Positions 61,575 to 64,000 of a DNA stretch of 64,000 bases are shown one piece after another (within the stretch, counting starts at the first letter, position 1; every line of letters begins with the position of its first letter). A program made the position numbers and the translations under genes. The notes beneath the pieces are model-generated. The model saw only the letters and a program-made list of their open reading frames with translations, ran no database searches and was not told the DNA's origin. Origin of the DNA: Candidatus Eiseniibacteriota bacterium (GTDB lineage Bacteria > Eisenbacteria > RBG-16-71-46 > CAVPCR01); contig CAWGMA010000003.1 of assembly GCA_963823555.1 (NCBI GenBank), positions 224,001 through 288,000 on the forward strand. The letters are read 5' to 3'.

Positions 61575-61700
61575 CCACGCGCGCCCTGGACATGCACCTC
61601 TTCGCGTTGCCAGGACGCCGGCGACTGTCTCGCGGACGTGCCCCGAATCCAACGATCCGCGACGCGAGGGCCTCTGCTCGCAAGAGCAGGGGCCCTCTTC
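61575..61700 (+). ncRNA. Candidate small RNA (three hairpins, ending in a GCAA-loop stem)
   Basis: Upstream TTGCTC-18-TAGCAT with an extended TG; stems CCTGG/CCAGG, TCGCGGA/TCCGCGA and GAGGGCCTCTGCTC/GAGCAGGGGCCCTC. Confidence 0.35.
61666..61700 (+). terminator. Terminator-like hairpin downstream of hflX
   Basis: 14-bp stem (one G-U) with a GCAA tetraloop and a short T tail. Confidence 0.6.
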
Positions 61701-61733
61701 AATGCATGGCGGGCTCTTTCCTCCCCGTCAAGA

Positions 61734-61762
61734 TTGACGCCGGACCACGATTCAGCTATACT
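61734..61762 (+). promoter_or_regulatory. Sigma70 promoter for the downstream metallopeptidase
   Basis: TTGACG-17 nt-TATACT, near consensus. Confidence 0.8.
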
Positions 61763-62055
61763 ACAGTTGTCGGATCGCCTTCACGGACAACGTGTTGCGG
61801 CACCGAAGCCTCCCTGATCCAGCCGGTCGCGCCATCAGCGGTGGTTAACCTGTCTCCGGCAATCTTCGGTTCTCCTGGACCCGGTGTCACTCGCTTCGGG
61901 CGAGTGACCCATGCCGGCCACCCGGCGCCAGCGGTGGAGCTCATTCCCGAAGGCAAGTGGCGGCCCAGTGCAATCGCCGGCCCGTTGCCTTCGCCCTGCG
62001 TGTGCATCATGGACGAGCCCGCGCCCGAGAGCGGACTCGACAAAGAGGAGCAGTG

Positions 62056-64000
62056 ATGGCCATGAAGCGATTGGGATTCCTCCTCGCCATCGGATGTCTC
62101 ATGGTCGGTGCCGGTCAGGCGCTGGCCATCGTCCAGAGCGAGGACGCTCACGTCTTCGACATCGCCCTCCCGGAGACCCCGCCCATCGTCGATCCGGCGG
62201 GTATTCCGGGAGCCACGGCGACCATCGACGAGATGACCGCCCGCTACGGCGGCACCTGGCAGGTCGCACTCTGGGATCCGCTCTCGCGCTCTCCCGAGCT
62301 GGTGCTCGGCTCGGGCGTCGAGCTCGCGCCGGCGGGACTTCTCGCCGACACCGAGGCTGCGGAGACCGCCGACCGATTCGTCGCCGGCAATGCCGATCTG
62401 CTCGGCGCGGACGCTTCCGACCTGATGGTGGAAAACGTCGTGCGTGGGGCCGGCAAGGTGGCGGTGCACTACGGGCAGCGCTATCACGGAATCCCGGTCA
62501 TCGGCGGGCGCGTGCGCACGGTCTTCACCGAGACCGGGCGTCTCTTCGTCTTCGGCTCGAGCTTCCATCGTGGGATCGATGTGAACCCGGCGCCGGCAAT
62601 CCAGGGCCAGGAGGCCGAGGGCATCGCGCGCGCGGCGTTGCCCTTCAACCCGGCGACCGACCGCGTGCTCTCCGCGCCCGAGCTCCTCGTCCTGCCGGTT
62701 CCCGGCGGCGAGAGCGGGGTCGAGTACCACCTCGTGTGGCGGATGACGGTGGCGACGGCCGAGCCCTACGGGGCCTGGGTGTCCCATGTCGACGCCCACT
62801 CGGGTCAGATCATCTGGCGCTACAACGACGTCCACAATGCCTACTCCGGGACGGTGACCGGAGTGGTCGACGAGGGCAGCGGCTACTGCGCGGGCCCGGC
62901 TCCCGACCCGTGGCCGCTCAGCGAAATGACGGTGACCGTGACCGGGGCCGGGACCGCGACCACCGATATCAACGGTGATTTCTCGATCGCCGGTACCGGC
63001 GGCAATCGCGCCGTGACCTGCCAGTTCGACGGCACCAACCTCAACGTCAACGACGTTCAGTTCGGGGATGCCGTCTTCAACGGGACGATCCAGGAGGACG
63101 TGCCGCTCGCGATCAACTTCACGGATGCCACGCCGTCGCGGCGCGCCGAGCGCGATTGCTTCTACTGGATCAACGCCACCAACCGCTTCATCACCGGCAT
63201 CGATCCCACCTGGAGCATTCCCAAGCACAATGCCAACGTCAACGTCAACTCGAGCTGCAACGCCAACTGGACGACGTGGACGATGAACTTCTTCCGCGAG
63301 GGCGGCGGTTGCGCCAACACCGGCATCATCAACGATGTCATGGCGCACGAGTACGGTCACGGCATCCAGTACACGCTCCTCGGCGGCCAGGGTGGAGAGG
63401 GCCTCGGCGAGGGCAACTCGGACATCTCGGGCAGCCTCATGATCGACGACTCGGTCATCGGTCGTGGCTTCTACCTGAACAACTGCACGAGCGGGATCCG
63501 CGATTGCGAGAACACGCTGCGCTACCCCGGAGACGTGGTCGGTCAGCCCATCCACTCGGCCGGGCGCGTGATCTGCGGGTTCAACTGGGATTCGCGGCAG
63601 GCGCTCGAGCTGTCGCTCGGTCCGGAGCAGGGCAAGGCGACCATCGCCGATCTCTGGCACTTCAGCCGCAAGGTCCTCCGTCCCCAGACCCAGCCGGATC
63701 AGGTGCTCGCCTACTTCATCACCGATGACGACGACGGCAACGTGAACAACGGCACCCCGCACTACGATGAGCTGTGCGAGGGGGCGATGAACCACGGCTT
63801 CTCCTGCCCGGAGATCCTCATCGTCCAGGTCCAGCACACGCCGCCGCACTCGACGACCGACCACGTGAACGCCTTCACCATCGAGGCCAACGTCGTGGCC
63901 TACCAGGGTGCGATCGAGGACGTGCGGCTCTTCTACCGGATCGACGGCGGGGCGTTCACCGAGGAGCCGATGACGAGCTCCGGCCCGGACACGTACTCGG
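62056..64000 (+). CDS. Secreted M4/M36-like (thermolysin/fungalysin) metallopeptidase with FTP/PepSY-type propeptide; runs off the window end
   Basis: Absent from the ORF track because there is no stop in the window. GAGGAG RBS, signal peptide MAMKRLGFLLAIGCLMVGAGQALA, in-frame HEYGH (63346-63360) and GLGEGNSD. Confidence 0.85.
   Translation, partial: MAMKRLGFLLAIGCLMVGAGQALAIVQSEDAHVFDIALPETPPIVDPAGIPGATATIDEMTARYGGTWQVALWDPLSRSPELVLGSGVELAPAGLLADTEAAETADRFVAGNADLLGADASDLMVENVVRGAGKVAVHYGQRYHGIPVIGGRVRTVFTETGRLFVFGSSFHRGIDVNPAPAIQGQEAEGIARAALPFNPATDRVLSAPELLVLPVPGGESGVEYHLVWRMTVATAEPYGAWVSHVDAHSGQIIWRYNDVHNAYSGTVTGVVDEGSGYCAGPAPDPWPLSEMTVTVTGAGTATTDINGDFSIAGTGGNRAVTCQFDGTNLNVNDVQFGDAVFNGTIQEDVPLAINFTDATPSRRAERDCFYWINATNRFITGIDPTWSIPKHNANVNVNSSCNANWTTWTMNFFREGGGCANTGIINDVMAHEYGHGIQYTLLGGQGGEGLGEGNSDISGSLMIDDSVIGRGFYLNNCTSGIRDCENTLRYPGDVVGQPIHSAGRVICGFNWDSRQALELSLGPEQGKATIADLWHFSRKVLRPQTQPDQVLAYFITDDDDGNVNNGTPHYDELCEGAMNHGFSCPEILIVQVQHTPPHSTTDHVNAFTIEANVVAYQGAIEDVRLFYRIDGGAFTEEPMTSSGPDTYS

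Overview
This is a GC-rich (visually about 68-70%), gene-dense bacterial window with about 41 protein-coding loci. I saw no rRNA, tRNA, CRISPR array, transposase or phage genes. Several secreted proteins end in the same FlgD-Ig/T9SS-CTD-like tail, which suggests an FCB-group candidate lineage such as Eisenbacteria, Krumholzibacteria or Latescibacteria (inference). Recognisable housekeeping and transport content: yitJ, suhB, cbiA, yjbQ, uup, mpgP with a glycosylglycerate synthase and glycerate kinase, a CPA2 antiporter, an M16 peptidase pair, a UvrD-nuclease fusion, GldAFG-like and NatAB-like ABC systems, and hflX. The best candidate for an undescribed system is a translationally coupled four-gene operon at 20954-31602: a TPR+CsgG/HfaB-like lipoprotein, an outer-membrane beta-barrel, a cohesin-domain protein, and a ~2390-aa surface protein with 13 PKD repeats, 10 Ig-like repeats, a dockerin, a cohesin-like domain and a CTD. 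It looks like a non-cellulosomal cohesin-dockerin surface-display apparatus. Other leads are an AbfD-like flavin/Fe-S enzyme with its catalytic residues replaced, an orphan divergent DUF692/MNIO enzyme, a two-gene arsS module, two structured intergenic RNA candidates, an hflX that appears to start at ATC behind a hairpin-sequestered SD, and several apparently leaderless genes. Three genes carry small indel frameshifts that may be sequencing errors. All family assignments are from motif recognition by eye; no searches were run.
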